This document shows, piece by piece, positions 19,490-29,189 of a stretch of DNA of 64,000 nt. The stretch's first letter is position 1, and each line of letters begins with the position of its first letter. Source of the DNA: a virus. Its lineage: Duplodnaviria; Caudoviricetes. A model generated the notes under the pieces. That model did no database searches. It was given only the letters and a program-made list of their open reading frames with translations, and had not been told where the DNA came from. The translations under genes were made by a program, and so were the position numbers. The stretch lies in IMG/VR virus record IMGVR_UViG_2879462666_000008, positions 1,116 through 65,115 of that record. The stretch is one strand, 5' to 3'.

Positions 19490-19870
19490 TTATAACGATG
19501 TTGTTAGCGTAAAATTCACAGAATATAGCGCTCGGCTATTCGCGTCAGGTCCGAGATACCAAGGCGCTGACTGATCCGCCAAGCACTTAACGACGCGTGT
19601 AGTCCCGATCATAAATTCCGCCTTACCGTGCAGAGCTTCGAATATAGCGTTAGCCTTCGTTTCAGCCGTTGCGGATGACTTCGCGCGAATCACGACTTGA
19701 AATGACGGATAAGCAACGGATGACCATTCGCTCGGTGGTGGTCCGCCCGTTATCCGCGTATAAGCGCAATCGTCCGGATTAGCCGTTGTAAAATCGTTGC
19801 CGACTACGGTAACCCCCGGAACGATTAAGCGGATGGTTGCGTTAATATCTGCGACTGTTAAAAGCGCCAT
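19490..19870 (-). CDS. Tail terminator protein
   Basis: PSFQVVIR...QSAPWYLG.D...R.LYSVNF. Confidence 0.75.
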   Translation of the reverse strand: MALLTVADINATIRLIVPGVTVVGNDFTTANPDDCAYTRITGGPPPSEWSSVAYPSFQVVIRAKSSATAETKANAIFEALHGKAEFMIGTTRVVKCLADQSAPWYLGPDANSRALYSVNFTLTTSL

Positions 19871-20190
19871 TATACGTCCACCTCCGTTATTAGCGGCTTC
19901 CCGTTGAGCGCCCGTTTTACGCTGATTGCGATTGGCGTGTACGTTGTCTCCGCTAATAGTTCGTTGGTGTACGTAAGGCGGTCGTCGAGCGATATGTCCG
20001 CGAGCTTATCGAAGTAAAACGTGCCGACGCTCACGACTTCCGCGCCGTGTTGATTGCGTACAAGTTTTGCCGCCTCGCTAAAGCGACATTTCTGCGTGTA
20101 AGGAGTACCGTATTCCGGCTCGTTATAATCCGGACCATATCCGGTAAACGGCGTAATTGTGACCGTTTGCCTCAGCGGTATGAGCGCCAT
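19870..20190 (-). CDS. Head closure protein
   Basis: Position and size; KLVRNQHGAEVVS. Confidence 0.7.
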   Translation of the reverse strand: MALIPLRQTVTITPFTGYGPDYNEPEYGTPYTQKCRFSEAAKLVRNQHGAEVVSVGTFYFDKLADISLDDRLTYTNELLAETTYTPIAISVKRALNGKPLITEVDV

Positions 20191-20576
20191 TACATCGTCA
20201 CCCACTTCGCGGTCTTACGTCCGAGTTTAACGCCGCCATTCTCTGCGCTAATAAGTTCGAGCGCGATGTCCGGTATCCATGCGTCGAGGCCCGTTTTCGC
20301 CCAATCCTTAAACGTAAAATTCGCGACGCCCGTTAATCCGAAGCTCGCTACGCCTTGTTGCTGCAGCGCGTTCGTATCGTTAAACGCGATCGCGAGTTCA
20401 TTCGCATATTCGTATACAGCCGCGTCTGGTATCGTATATTGAGCGTATTTGTTCGTCAGCGTCCGTCCTGCCACGTTAACTATCCGTAGTTTTTTGGCGT
20501 CGTCTGCGTCCGTCCAATCGTCAATACTAATACAGTTCACGTTGATATACGTTGTTGCGTCTTCTACCGAAACCAT
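20190..20576 (-). CDS. Head-tail adaptor
   Basis: VSVEDATTY, AVYE, GVASF; position. Confidence 0.7.
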   Translation of the reverse strand: MVSVEDATTYINVNCISIDDWTDADDAKKLRIVNVAGRTLTNKYAQYTIPDAAVYEYANELAIAFNDTNALQQQGVASFGLTGVANFTFKDWAKTGLDAWIPDIALELISAENGGVKLGRKTAKWVTM

Positions 20577-20590
20577 ACGCCCACCTCCCG

Positions 20591-20806
20591 TTATTTTGCG
20601 GAGGTATTCGCAGCCTTTCGCGGCTTAGGCGCTGGCTTAACGGGTTCCTCCGGTACTTCTTCATCCGTCTTAACCGCGTCAACCAAACGGTCGAGTACCG
20701 CGATCTCTTCTTGCGTCGTCGCTTCGTATTGACCTGCGCTGAACTTCCGCTCAGTTCCGTCAACATAAAACGAGAGCTCCGCGTACTTTGACGTATACTT
20801 TGCCAT
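20591..20806 (-). CDS. Small virion-associated hypothetical protein
   Basis: GGAGG RBS; after the capsid gene. Confidence 0.7.
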   Translation of the reverse strand: MAKYTSKYAELSFYVDGTERKFSAGQYEATTQEEIAVLDRLVDAVKTDEEVPEEPVKPAPKPRKAANTSAK

Positions 20807-20868
20807 CGTTAACCTCCGTTATAAATAAGAGCCCGCGCGAGCAGGCTCCGTTGTATTTACGACTAGGC

Positions 20869-21960
20869 TTACGCCAAGCCTTTAATGCGAGCGTGTGCGG
20901 CTTCTTGATGCAATTCGAAGGTGTATTCTCCTACGAGCATACCTTGATAGTAATCGCCTTTCTTGCCGAGGTATTCGTGTTGAAACTCGCGACCATTCAG
21001 CGGTTTAATTTGTGCGCGGTTCTTATCTAGGATCAGTGCCTCGTTTGCGGTTAGGTTATCGTTAATAGAAACTGGGAACTCGCCGAAGTCAGTAGTCAGA
21101 CGGGATACAACGGTACCACGACGATTATCCGCTTGATCAACGCGAACCAGGTCTGCGCCGAATCCGGAAACTACGCGCTTTTGTTTAGCCGGTACGATAA
21201 TCTCGTAGTTGCCTCCAGACGCGAATCCGCCTTTTTCATAGATAGCTTGCAGCGAGTCGTTAATCATGTTCAACGTCAGGGCCGCGTTTGCTGCATCCTT
21301 GACATTAGTCGTGATCAAACTGCGAGCACCAGCCATCTGGCGCGTTGATCCGTTTTCGTATTTGATACCGTTAATCAGCGCCTTTTCCAATTGAAGCGCA
21401 AGTTCGAGCTGCTTCTTTGACTGTTCGTACGTATACAGGTCAGAGATGCCATAGTTTGCAACAGCAGCCGCTGTACCCGTAATCTCAACGGTGTCAGTGA
21501 AGATTTGCGAGATGTTAGATTTACGCTCGCGCTTTTTGTACCGAGCTGCGATCGCGTCAGCACCTTCTACGCCTTCCGTAAACTGGAACTCAACAACTGC
21601 GCCGGTCGTTACGGCTGCGGCGGTAGTACCTGCGTATCCCCGCGCTACGGTCAACGTTTTAGTACCAGTATTAATTGAGGACACTTTTAGCAGTTCTTCG
21701 CCGATCTTAACGACGTCGCCAACGCGAAATGGCTCAACGGATGCAACAACGACGGCGGTAGCTCCAATCAGCGCGTCGGCGGTTACGGTCGATTCGGTCG
21801 CAAACATCGAATCTTCAAACCAGATGTGCTCTACCTGGCTTACTGGGGACGCAAATCCCAACATTGCGAGCATTGGCGTTTGGTATGGATTGAGCATCAA
21901 AATCTGTTCTGTTACCGATTCCGGCTTACCGATAATGTCAGCGTTAAAAATTTTAGTCAT
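20869..21960 (-). CDS. Major capsid protein (SU10/DUF5309-like) with inserted beta domain
   Basis: P.QTP, EHIWFED, EGADA, SNISQIF, QLEKALING, GEYT.E. Confidence 0.88.
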   Translation of the reverse strand: MTKIFNADIIGKPESVTEQILMLNPYQTPMLAMLGFASPVSQVEHIWFEDSMFATESTVTADALIGATAVVVASVEPFRVGDVVKIGEELLKVSSINTGTKTLTVARGYAGTTAAAVTTGAVVEFQFTEGVEGADAIAARYKKRERKSNISQIFTDTVEITGTAAAVANYGISDLYTYEQSKKQLELALQLEKALINGIKYENGSTRQMAGARSLITTNVKDAANAALTLNMINDSLQAIYEKGGFASGGNYEIIVPAKQKRVVSGFGADLVRVDQADNRRGTVVSRLTTDFGEFPVSINDNLTANEALILDKNRAQIKPLNGREFQHEYLGKKGDYYQGMLVGEYTFELHQEAAHARIKGLA

Positions 21961-22055
21961 GGTTTAAATTCCCCCGTTTATAAGTTTTGTTTAATGCGTT
22001 CAAGCGATAAAGTGGATGTGCAAAATAAAAAGACGGCCCAATGGGTCGCCTCTGC

Positions 22056-22745
22056 TTAACTCGATAACTCACGTTTTATCTTCGTGTAGGCTGCGATCGC
22101 CTGCGGTGTCGGATTCTTCTCCGCCATCGCCTTCGCTTCTGCCAATCGCTGATCCTTCGTCTTAATCGCGGGATCTCCGCCACCCGACGGACTTCCTACG
22201 GTTTTCGGCTGCGCTGCTTCCGCCAGATACGGATGTTCTGCAATGAGCGTTGTAATTACGTCAGCCAATCCGTTAACATTTCCATCATCATCGACGGTAA
22301 CAGCGTCGGTATCCGCTAGTTTCAACGCGGCAGCCAATCGGTCCGCCGGAATATTCGCGTCGCGTGCTGCGGTCTTAAATTCAGCGTTGATCAAGCGTTT
22401 ATTTGCAGCTGTCAAAACGGACGTATTTCGTTCCTCTGCCTCCTGTGCTCGTTTAAGCGCGTCGGCTTTCTCAGCTTCTAACCGCTCGGTTGCAGTCATT
22501 TCTGCTTTAGCGCGGTCTTCTTCCGCTTTTTCAAGCGTGGTCAGTTTCGTTTTGATATCGTCGTAATCTTCGCGTCCCTTACGGTCACGTGCGAGACGGT
22601 CGGCAACAATGCGGTCTAGCTCCGCCTGTGTGAACGTCTTATCGGGCGTTGGGTCTGGCGCTGGGTTCGGATCGGGATCAGCGTCGCCTTCCGCAAATAA
22701 CTGCAGATTCAACGGATACCGTGAGCATTTAATTTCGTTTTCCAT
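22056..22745 (-). CDS. Capsid scaffolding protein
   Basis: LNLQLFAE (Prp-cleavage-type motif), KTFTQAELD, HPYL. Confidence 0.88.
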   Translation of the reverse strand: MENEIKCSRYPLNLQLFAEGDADPDPNPAPDPTPDKTFTQAELDRIVADRLARDRKGREDYDDIKTKLTTLEKAEEDRAKAEMTATERLEAEKADALKRAQEAEERNTSVLTAANKRLINAEFKTAARDANIPADRLAAALKLADTDAVTVDDDGNVNGLADVITTLIAEHPYLAEAAQPKTVGSPSGGGDPAIKTKDQRLAEAKAMAEKNPTPQAIAAYTKIKRELSS

Positions 22746-22831
22746 CGTAATACCTCCCGTACAAGGCCCGTCGGCACTAGTATGTCTGGCCGTCCAGTTT
22801 ATCGCGTCTTATACGTTTGGGACGCGGAGCC

Positions 22832-23671
22832 TTATTGCTCCAATAGTTTCGGATCACGTATCGCTGTTACTACGTGTTTACAACACGGATGAAAAATCTC
22901 GTTACGTGGTAAGTCGCCTATATAACGGTAATTACCTGGCGCATCCGGCGTAAGTTTAACGATCATTCCTTCGTATTGGCGGCATTTATCTATCGCGTTA
23001 TGCTTCGATATCACTCCGTAATAAGCACCGCGACCAACCGCCTCATTTATCGTAGACTCGCGCTGTGTCGAGCCCATCTTCGTACGCGTTAGCATCTCGA
23101 CGTAGGTTTCCGGTCGCCAGCGCCGTCCTGCCGCGTCGATAATTCCGGTATCAACCGCGCTGCCTAGCGTGCTTTTCATGCGCTGCAAAATATCGGCGTT
23201 AAGCGTGCGATTACCGTTAATGCCGCGCGTCAGATTTGCGCGCATCGAATCGGCGGTTACCTGGCGGACGACTTGCTTAACGCGGCGGCTTACGTTATTT
23301 GTTACCGCAAGTAAATCCGCCTGAGTATCCGCAACGGCTGACGCAACAAACTCGCGATTGATCCGGTTAAACTTAACGATCTTCTGCGCCTCTTCTAACG
23401 TTTCCGCAGCGCTGAGTTGGACGATAGCGAGCGCAACGCCATCCGTAGCAGCTAGAGGTATATAGCGGTCAACCCACGCCGCCGATTCCGTATTCAGCCC
23501 ACGCAAAATAGCCGCAACCTCGGCGAGGGCGGCTTTCGAATTAGCGCGGGACATTGCGGATAAATCTAAGCGTGAAAGTTCGGCGGATATCGCCAATAGT
23601 GCGTTTTTATATGCGCGGACGAGAAGGTTGACGCTATAATCGTACGTTGGCTCCGGGGTTAGAGGCGTCAT
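22832..23671 (-). CDS. Minor capsid / head morphogenesis protein
   Basis: DAAGRRW..ETY.EM..RT; C..YEG; FHPCCKH. Confidence 0.8.
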   Translation of the reverse strand: MTPLTPEPTYDYSVNLLVRAYKNALLAISAELSRLDLSAMSRANSKAALAEVAAILRGLNTESAAWVDRYIPLAATDGVALAIVQLSAAETLEEAQKIVKFNRINREFVASAVADTQADLLAVTNNVSRRVKQVVRQVTADSMRANLTRGINGNRTLNADILQRMKSTLGSAVDTGIIDAAGRRWRPETYVEMLTRTKMGSTQRESTINEAVGRGAYYGVISKHNAIDKCRQYEGMIVKLTPDAPGNYRYIGDLPRNEIFHPCCKHVVTAIRDPKLLEQ

Positions 23672-25233
23672 TTGTTAAACACCGTTGACTCGACCGTTCC
23701 GAGCGTCCGTTCTTCGTCCGCGTCAATTCTGCGAATGGTTTCTTCCGCTGATGCGTCGTCTACACCGTCTTGATCTTTAATCGCGTCAAGTACCGACCAT
23801 GTCGCCTTGCCTCCCGTACGAATCTGCGCTACTTCTGCTGCTTCTTTTTCGTCACGTGGGATTCCATCGCGCCAGTTAATCGTCGGATAAATTTCTTCGA
23901 TTTCTGCGTAACCTTGAACACCCTTATACGCGTAGTTTTCAAGGGCCAACGCCTTCCATAGCGCATTCCTAAAAGCGCGATCAATATGCGAACGAATACG
24001 TTTGACCTTCGATAAAATCGGCATGAATCGCGCTTTGATTGCGCCGGCGTCCGTATGTGATGTTCCCGTTCCACCCTTGTCCGCCGCCAGCGTAGTACCA
24101 AATAACCACTGCGGCGTTTCACTCATTTGGAATACGAGGCCAAGCAATACATCAAGCTCCTTAAATGCGCCCTCAAGCTGCGAGTTCCACGTCATATAGC
24201 CGGGAGTTGCATCGGTCTGATCAAGAGGTATATACCGGCTGCCGAAGCGTACATTCCCGTCTTCACTGTCGTCAATCTCAGGACCATACGCGGTAGGATC
24301 GCTATGTTTCCAAAGTATATAATCGATCTGCACCAGACGATCATTAATCGCACTCAATACACTTTCTAACTTTTCGACTGAGCTGATCCCACGCCAATCA
24401 TCATCCGTTGTCTTGTTCGGAATATGCTCGACAAGCATATAAGTCTGACCGGTCGGTTCAATACGCGTTTTTCCGACTTGCTCACCGATCATATAAATTG
24501 GAACGGGTACGTCGTAGTACGTATTGACTCCGCTCGACGTCAGCTTATACCGCTCATATATGATGTATCCAGGAATATGACGTTCAACATTGAGATACGG
24601 TTCTTCTGACGTTGGCATTCCCGCCAATAGCGCCATAAATCCGCTAGACCGTTCGACTTCCCATTCGACCCAAGCGATATTAACCGCTTTGAATCGTTTC
24701 TTCGAACCGCGCGATAATTCCGGAAACACAATCGACGGATCGACTGGCTCAATTATCGGCTCCTTTACGGCTTCCGGAGGCTTCAATCCGAGCTGTAGCG
24801 TTTCTGTAAAGTCATCACGTGAATCAATGCGCGTTTTGATAAACGAGTCGCCTCGATATCCGCCTCCGATTACTATTTCGTGCATCATCTGCGTGAGGTC
24901 ATTCTCTTGAACAACGGAATCAAGGCGCGTCTGCTCGCGAGAATCCGGTCCTTTGCCACTATCGTAGGTAGGTGGGTCGCCGACCATTAAATCCGCCGGC
25001 TTCGTTAGTAATACGTCCATAATGTTAACCGCAATAAAAAGGGTCTTAAGTTGCGGTGCTTGGGGCGTATCTGCGAGTATGGATGAGGCGCGTTCATATA
25101 TCTCAGCGTGTCGACCTTGGAAGATTGCGCGTCCGCGTTCGTATTTTGCCAAACGTTCGATATCGGCTGCGGGCGGATATTGAGCGCCAGTATAAAAAAG
25201 CTTCGTTTCGCTATACGTATAAAACTCCGTCAA
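23668..25233 (-). CDS. Portal protein (SPP1 gp6-like)
   Basis: HIPN...WRGIS, YMTWNSQL, SETPQ, W.DGIP.D; after TerL. Confidence 0.88.
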   Translation of the reverse strand: MTEFYTYSETKLFYTGAQYPPAADIERLAKYERGRAIFQGRHAEIYERASSILADTPQAPQLKTLFIAVNIMDVLLTKPADLMVGDPPTYDSGKGPDSREQTRLDSVVQENDLTQMMHEIVIGGGYRGDSFIKTRIDSRDDFTETLQLGLKPPEAVKEPIIEPVDPSIVFPELSRGSKKRFKAVNIAWVEWEVERSSGFMALLAGMPTSEEPYLNVERHIPGYIIYERYKLTSSGVNTYYDVPVPIYMIGEQVGKTRIEPTGQTYMLVEHIPNKTTDDDWRGISSVEKLESVLSAINDRLVQIDYILWKHSDPTAYGPEIDDSEDGNVRFGSRYIPLDQTDATPGYMTWNSQLEGAFKELDVLLGLVFQMSETPQWLFGTTLAADKGGTGTSHTDAGAIKARFMPILSKVKRIRSHIDRAFRNALWKALALENYAYKGVQGYAEIEEIYPTINWRDGIPRDEKEAAEVAQIRTGGKATWSVLDAIKDQDGVDDASAEETIRRIDADEERTLGTVESTVFNK

Positions 25234-25252
25234 ATTATCGCCTCCTTTACGG

Positions 25253-27031
25253 TTACATCCATTTTGGTTTATTGCGTGCTTTCTTTCGTCCCGTCTTCGC
25301 AATACTTACGGCCATTTCGAGCGCATCCGGTAAGTCATCGTGAGTACCGGACGGATACATTTCGAATTGTTCGAGTAATAACGCGTGCCTTCGTGAAAAT
25401 TGAATTTCGCCGCTCTCAACCGCCGGCATAAGCGCCTCAATACGCAAACCCTTCCGCGAACGTTGGTGTATTTCCTTGACGCGTGTTTGCGCTGGATATC
25501 CTTCGGCTTTTAGCGCTGTTTTTAGCTGCATAACAAAAAACTCCTGCGCTGCCTGCGCTTCTGCTGCGATCGCGTTCGGTTGGTATCGCAATGCTTTCTC
25601 GACGATTACACGCAAAAAAGCGTCCGGCTTTATCCGTTCACCGAACGCGTCAATAACGTATTTTGTTCCCGTCTGTTTATCGCGTGCTATTACGACAATA
25701 GCGCTATAGTCTCCGCGTGTTTTGCCCATCGCGAAGTCAACGCCCATATAAATATCGAACAAGTCTGGCGGGCGCGGATATTGCGTGAGGACGTCTTTAA
25801 GTGCGCCGCCATCCCAATAAGCAAATGCTTCCGGATTAAATATCATCGACTCTTCGTCAACCGGGTTATTCATATACTCCGTATTAAACGCCTTACTACC
25901 GTTATTCCATTTCCACGTCATGAGAGTCCATATCGGCTGCGCTTCCGGCCATAATACGACGGCTCCGCGATCCATTTCGGCGCGATTCAATTCGTATAAT
26001 GCTTGTGCCTCCTTGACGCGCTGTTCCTTCGGTAGGTCCGGATCTTTATATACGAGTCGGCACGCTTCCCATAAGTCCATACGCTCAGGCCACGTCTTAA
26101 TTGCTCGATATACGCGGCTCTTAAAGTCCGAACGATTATATAGCACGTCAACGAGCAATGCTTCGTGATGAACCGTTGTTCCCATGTATATGAACGCCGT
26201 CTTCTTTCCGCGCGGATCACCGAGTGGTACGACCGTCTGCGCGAACCAGTCCTTGAGTTTGCGCCGGAGTTCCGGAGTTGCAGCGTTAGATTTAATGTCT
26301 TCGAGATCATCGCAGATAATTAAATCCGGACGAACACCGTTCCAGTTTCGTCCACGTAGCGCCTGTCCCGTTGATGCCGCTTCGACTTTCGTGAGTAGTT
26401 TCTTTGTTCCGTCTTCGCGCGGTTCCCATGCGATAAACTCCGAGCTGTTATCCTTCGGATTTTCTTGCTGCTTCGGTGATAATAACGGTCCAAAGTCCGC
26501 CCGCAGCTTCGCATTACTCTTTAACTGTGCCGCGATCCAATCGAGGTTAGCGCTGGATACTGCCGGCGTCTCCGATATGATGATTTCGTATTTACGTTTG
26601 CGGTAAACGATCTCGCGTAAGGGTTCCGCCTTCGATAAATACGTTGATTTCGCGTGTGAACGGGGCGCTGCGACCGCTACCTTATCGTTAAGGTTAACGT
26701 TAGATATGTCGTCGATTATCTCGGCGATTTCCCGGTGAAATTCAGGCGCTTCCGATATATCTGCGATATCGAATCCGTCCCAGTTACCGTCATTGCCGGG
26801 ATTGCGCGCTTCCGAGAAATACTCTAATGAAAATTCGAGTAGATTACGTTCGCAACGGTTAATACGCTCTAACCGCTCAAGCTCCGCAACCTGTTCGTCG
26901 ATTAAACGCTGATCTTCTTCCGAAAGAGACGCGATATCTACGCCAGCCAACGAATCAATGAGTCCGTTAATACCGCTGATTACCGTGTTGCGTGCGTCTC
27001 GTCCGTTCCACTTGCCGTCAATCCATGCGAT
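25253..27031 (-). CDS. terL: Terminase large subunit, probable ATC start at 27031
   Basis: APRSHAKST, LRG...RPDLIICDDLE, GVDFA, HDDLPDA; AAGGGAGG-8nt-ATC in frame with TTG 26950. Confidence 0.92.
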   Translation of the reverse strand: MAWIDGKWNGRDARNTVISGINGLIDSLAGVDIASLSEEDQRLIDEQVAELERLERINRCERNLLEFSLEYFSEARNPGNDGNWDGFDIADISEAPEFHREIAEIIDDISNVNLNDKVAVAAPRSHAKSTYLSKAEPLREIVYRKRKYEIIISETPAVSSANLDWIAAQLKSNAKLRADFGPLLSPKQQENPKDNSSEFIAWEPREDGTKKLLTKVEAASTGQALRGRNWNGVRPDLIICDDLEDIKSNAATPELRRKLKDWFAQTVVPLGDPRGKKTAFIYMGTTVHHEALLVDVLYNRSDFKSRVYRAIKTWPERMDLWEACRLVYKDPDLPKEQRVKEAQALYELNRAEMDRGAVVLWPEAQPIWTLMTWKWNNGSKAFNTEYMNNPVDEESMIFNPEAFAYWDGGALKDVLTQYPRPPDLFDIYMGVDFAMGKTRGDYSAIVVIARDKQTGTKYVIDAFGERIKPDAFLRVIVEKALRYQPNAIAAEAQAAQEFFVMQLKTALKAEGYPAQTRVKEIHQRSRKGLRIEALMPAVESGEIQFSRRHALLLEQFEMYPSGTHDDLPDALEMAVSIAKTGRKKARNKPKWM

Positions 27032-27082
27032 AGATATCGCCTCCCTTCCGCGTAGGCACGAAAAGCCGCGCCTTGAGTTCTT

Positions 27083-27181
27083 CCGTGATTTTACCGTTGA
27101 ATTAGCGCTTGAACTACGTGACCCTTCCGCTTATACTCGGAAAGAGGTAGGCGCGCTAATTCGACGGTGATTTAACGGTGA
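27083..27181. repeat. 99-bp hairpin element, copy 1
   Basis: Imperfect ~26-bp inverted arms; 3' arm matches 62682-62709 at 26/28. Confidence 0.7.
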
Positions 27182-27183
27182 AA

Positions 27184-27345
27184 TTACGTGATGTTGACGA
27201 TATGATCGCGCAGTTCCGAAACCTCACGCTCGAGATCCGCCAGTTTTCCGCGGACGTCGTGCGTTATATATTCGTGAATGGCGGACTCCTCTGCGCTGTG
27301 ATACGATTCCAATAAGTCGAGCGCGATCTGACGTAGTTCCTCCAA
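27184..27345 (-). CDS. 53-aa hypothetical protein
   Basis: GGAGGTG RBS, TTG start, LEELRQIALDLLE... Confidence 0.6.
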   Translation of the reverse strand: MEELRQIALDLLESYHSAEESAIHEYITHDVRGKLADLEREVSELRDHIVNIT

Positions 27346-27873
27346 CGCATCCACCTCCGAAAGTCAAACGTTATTTTTGATACGCGGAAATCTGTAGCAC
27401 CAGAATTCACTTTATTGCTTTGGGGCGTTGGGGCTTTACAGCACTAAAGCGTTGAAGTAAATAAAATAGATTTAATTATGCAACGTTTATGCAAGACATG
27501 TGCACAAAATACGTATATGATGCAGATGTCAACGCCGCCAACCCGCACCACTACGCGGTTCGTACACAGTGCATAAACGCCCCGTATGCAACGTATATAC
27601 ATTTACCAGTACCCGCGCAGTAAGAACGCTGTAACCACGAGGCTTAACGCCATTTAACGTAGTATTCCGTTTCCAGTTTATGCAGCGTTAGTTCAGCGCT
27701 AATCCCTCCGATTATACAACGCTTATGCAACGTTAAATTCGCTGTACTACGGTGAAGTCCGAAAGTTTCCGGAGGGTGCGCGTCAGGCGACCCGTGCAGA
27801 CTAAATAGTCGCAGTTCACACGCAATCACACCGTCATCCATCGCGTTCCTTCATTATATGCGCACACCACACG

Positions 27874-28281
27874 CTATCCTTGTGAGTCCGCGCCATCCTC
27901 ATCGCCCTTACGCACCTGCAACGCCTTGATCCGTGCTGTCAACGCGGCTACGTCTGTTCCGCTATCAAGCTTCGTCTCCACTTCGAGTTTATCCGTAAGC
28001 ATTCCGTTAATCTGCAGGACTAACTTCGCTGCTGCTGCGTTACCCTCCCGTATAGCCCAATCCGCCATAGACTCGACTACTTCCGGTAGCTTAGCGCTAT
28101 TGTTCCGTACAATCGCACGCTTAAGCTCCGCATCGAACGCCTTATCCTTACGCCAATTACCCAGCGTATTAAAGTGTACGCCACATATGTCCGCTATCTC
28201 TTCGTACGTCTTACCGCCTTTACCCGGTATAGATAACCACTCGATCGCGATATACTGTTCAGGCGTTAATGTCTTCGCCAA
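27874..28281 (-). CDS. Terminase small subunit (phBC6A51-type HTH)
   Basis: HTH KTYEEIADICGVHFNTLGNWRK; GNAAAAKLVLQ. Confidence 0.75.
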   Translation of the reverse strand: MAKTLTPEQYIAIEWLSIPGKGGKTYEEIADICGVHFNTLGNWRKDKAFDAELKRAIVRNNSAKLPEVVESMADWAIREGNAAAAKLVLQINGMLTDKLEVETKLDSGTDVAALTARIKALQVRKGDEDGADSQG

Positions 28282-28402
28282 TATTACCGTCTCCCTTCCG
28301 TTTAATTAGCGTTCTTCTACGCTACCCTAACGCTTATATTTAAGTACTATAAACGCTGCTCCTACGCTCGGGCAGAGCGTAAGAACAACGCTGTCTGTTA
28401 CG

Positions 28403-28567
28403 TTATAAATAAGCGTTAGCCCATCCGTCCATAACCTGTCCGATACAACCACGCTTGATAGCGAAGCTGACTCCGAACCACATACGCCATTTACATACGT
28501 ACACTAATCCGTCCTCCACGTATGTCGTATCGTACTTTAGCGGTAATAACTGTTTAACGTACCACAT
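28403..28567 (-). CDS. Hypothetical protein
   Basis: GGAGG RBS; MWYVKQLLPLKY...WRMWFG. Confidence 0.6.
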   Translation of the reverse strand: MWYVKQLLPLKYDTTYVEDGLVYVCKWRMWFGVSFAIKRGCIGQVMDGWANAYL

Positions 28568-28584
28568 AGCGTTATCCCTCCGTT

Positions 28585-28761
28585 TCATACCCATCCGCCA
28601 AATCCGTTCCTAAACGCATATATCAGCGCCCAATATAACGGAGGACATACGATAATGAACGTTATAGTAAACGGCTGTATATCACGCTTATACACGCAGA
28701 TATGATGCGTAATTCCTCCGATACCTAGCGCTATCCATGCGCATATGAATACGATTAACAT
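28585..28761 (-). CDS. 58-aa two-TM membrane protein
   Basis: GGAGG RBS, MLIVFICAWIALGIGG... Confidence 0.55.
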   Translation of the reverse strand: MLIVFICAWIALGIGGITHHICVYKRDIQPFTITFIIVCPPLYWALIYAFRNGFGGWV

Positions 28762-29134
28762 TACGCTATCCCTCCGCTCACTTAGCGTTCGCTTTGCGAT
28801 TACTAGCGCTTTAACATCCGCGCTATTCTTTGTGTTGTCTACATGAGATACTTCTTCGATTAAGCTTCATGTATCTATCAGACAAAGGTTTCAGCATAGT
28901 GCCTGTTCAGCCAAAAGCGGGCTTCACACCTTGCCGCTGTCGCGTCTTCGGAACATGTTATTTAACTGCGCTCAAGCTTTTATTAAAGATCGGCGAGGTT
29001 AGATACTAGTTACACAAGGCAAGGTTTTCGCCGCAGTGTCGGACGTCAGTCCGGTTGTCTAAAGACTAAGAAGTAATTTGACCCCTCAAACGGCGCAAAC
29101 CCACGCGGCTCTAAGGCGCAAGCCACTTTTTACG

Positions 29135-29189
29135 TGTTCGCGTTTTTACCGATAGATGGTCGTATTTGTTCGCGTTTTTACCGATAGAT
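29135..29189. repeat. Perfect 23-bp direct repeat x2 (TGTTCGCGTTTTTACCGATAGAT), 32-bp period
   Basis: Copies at 29135-29157 and 29167-29189, abutting the stop codon of the Rep-like gene. Confidence 0.85.

Noticed and set aside
28657-28710. Plus-strand 16-codon ORF with GGAGG
   Set aside because: Lies antisense within a better-supported 58-aa minus-strand gene
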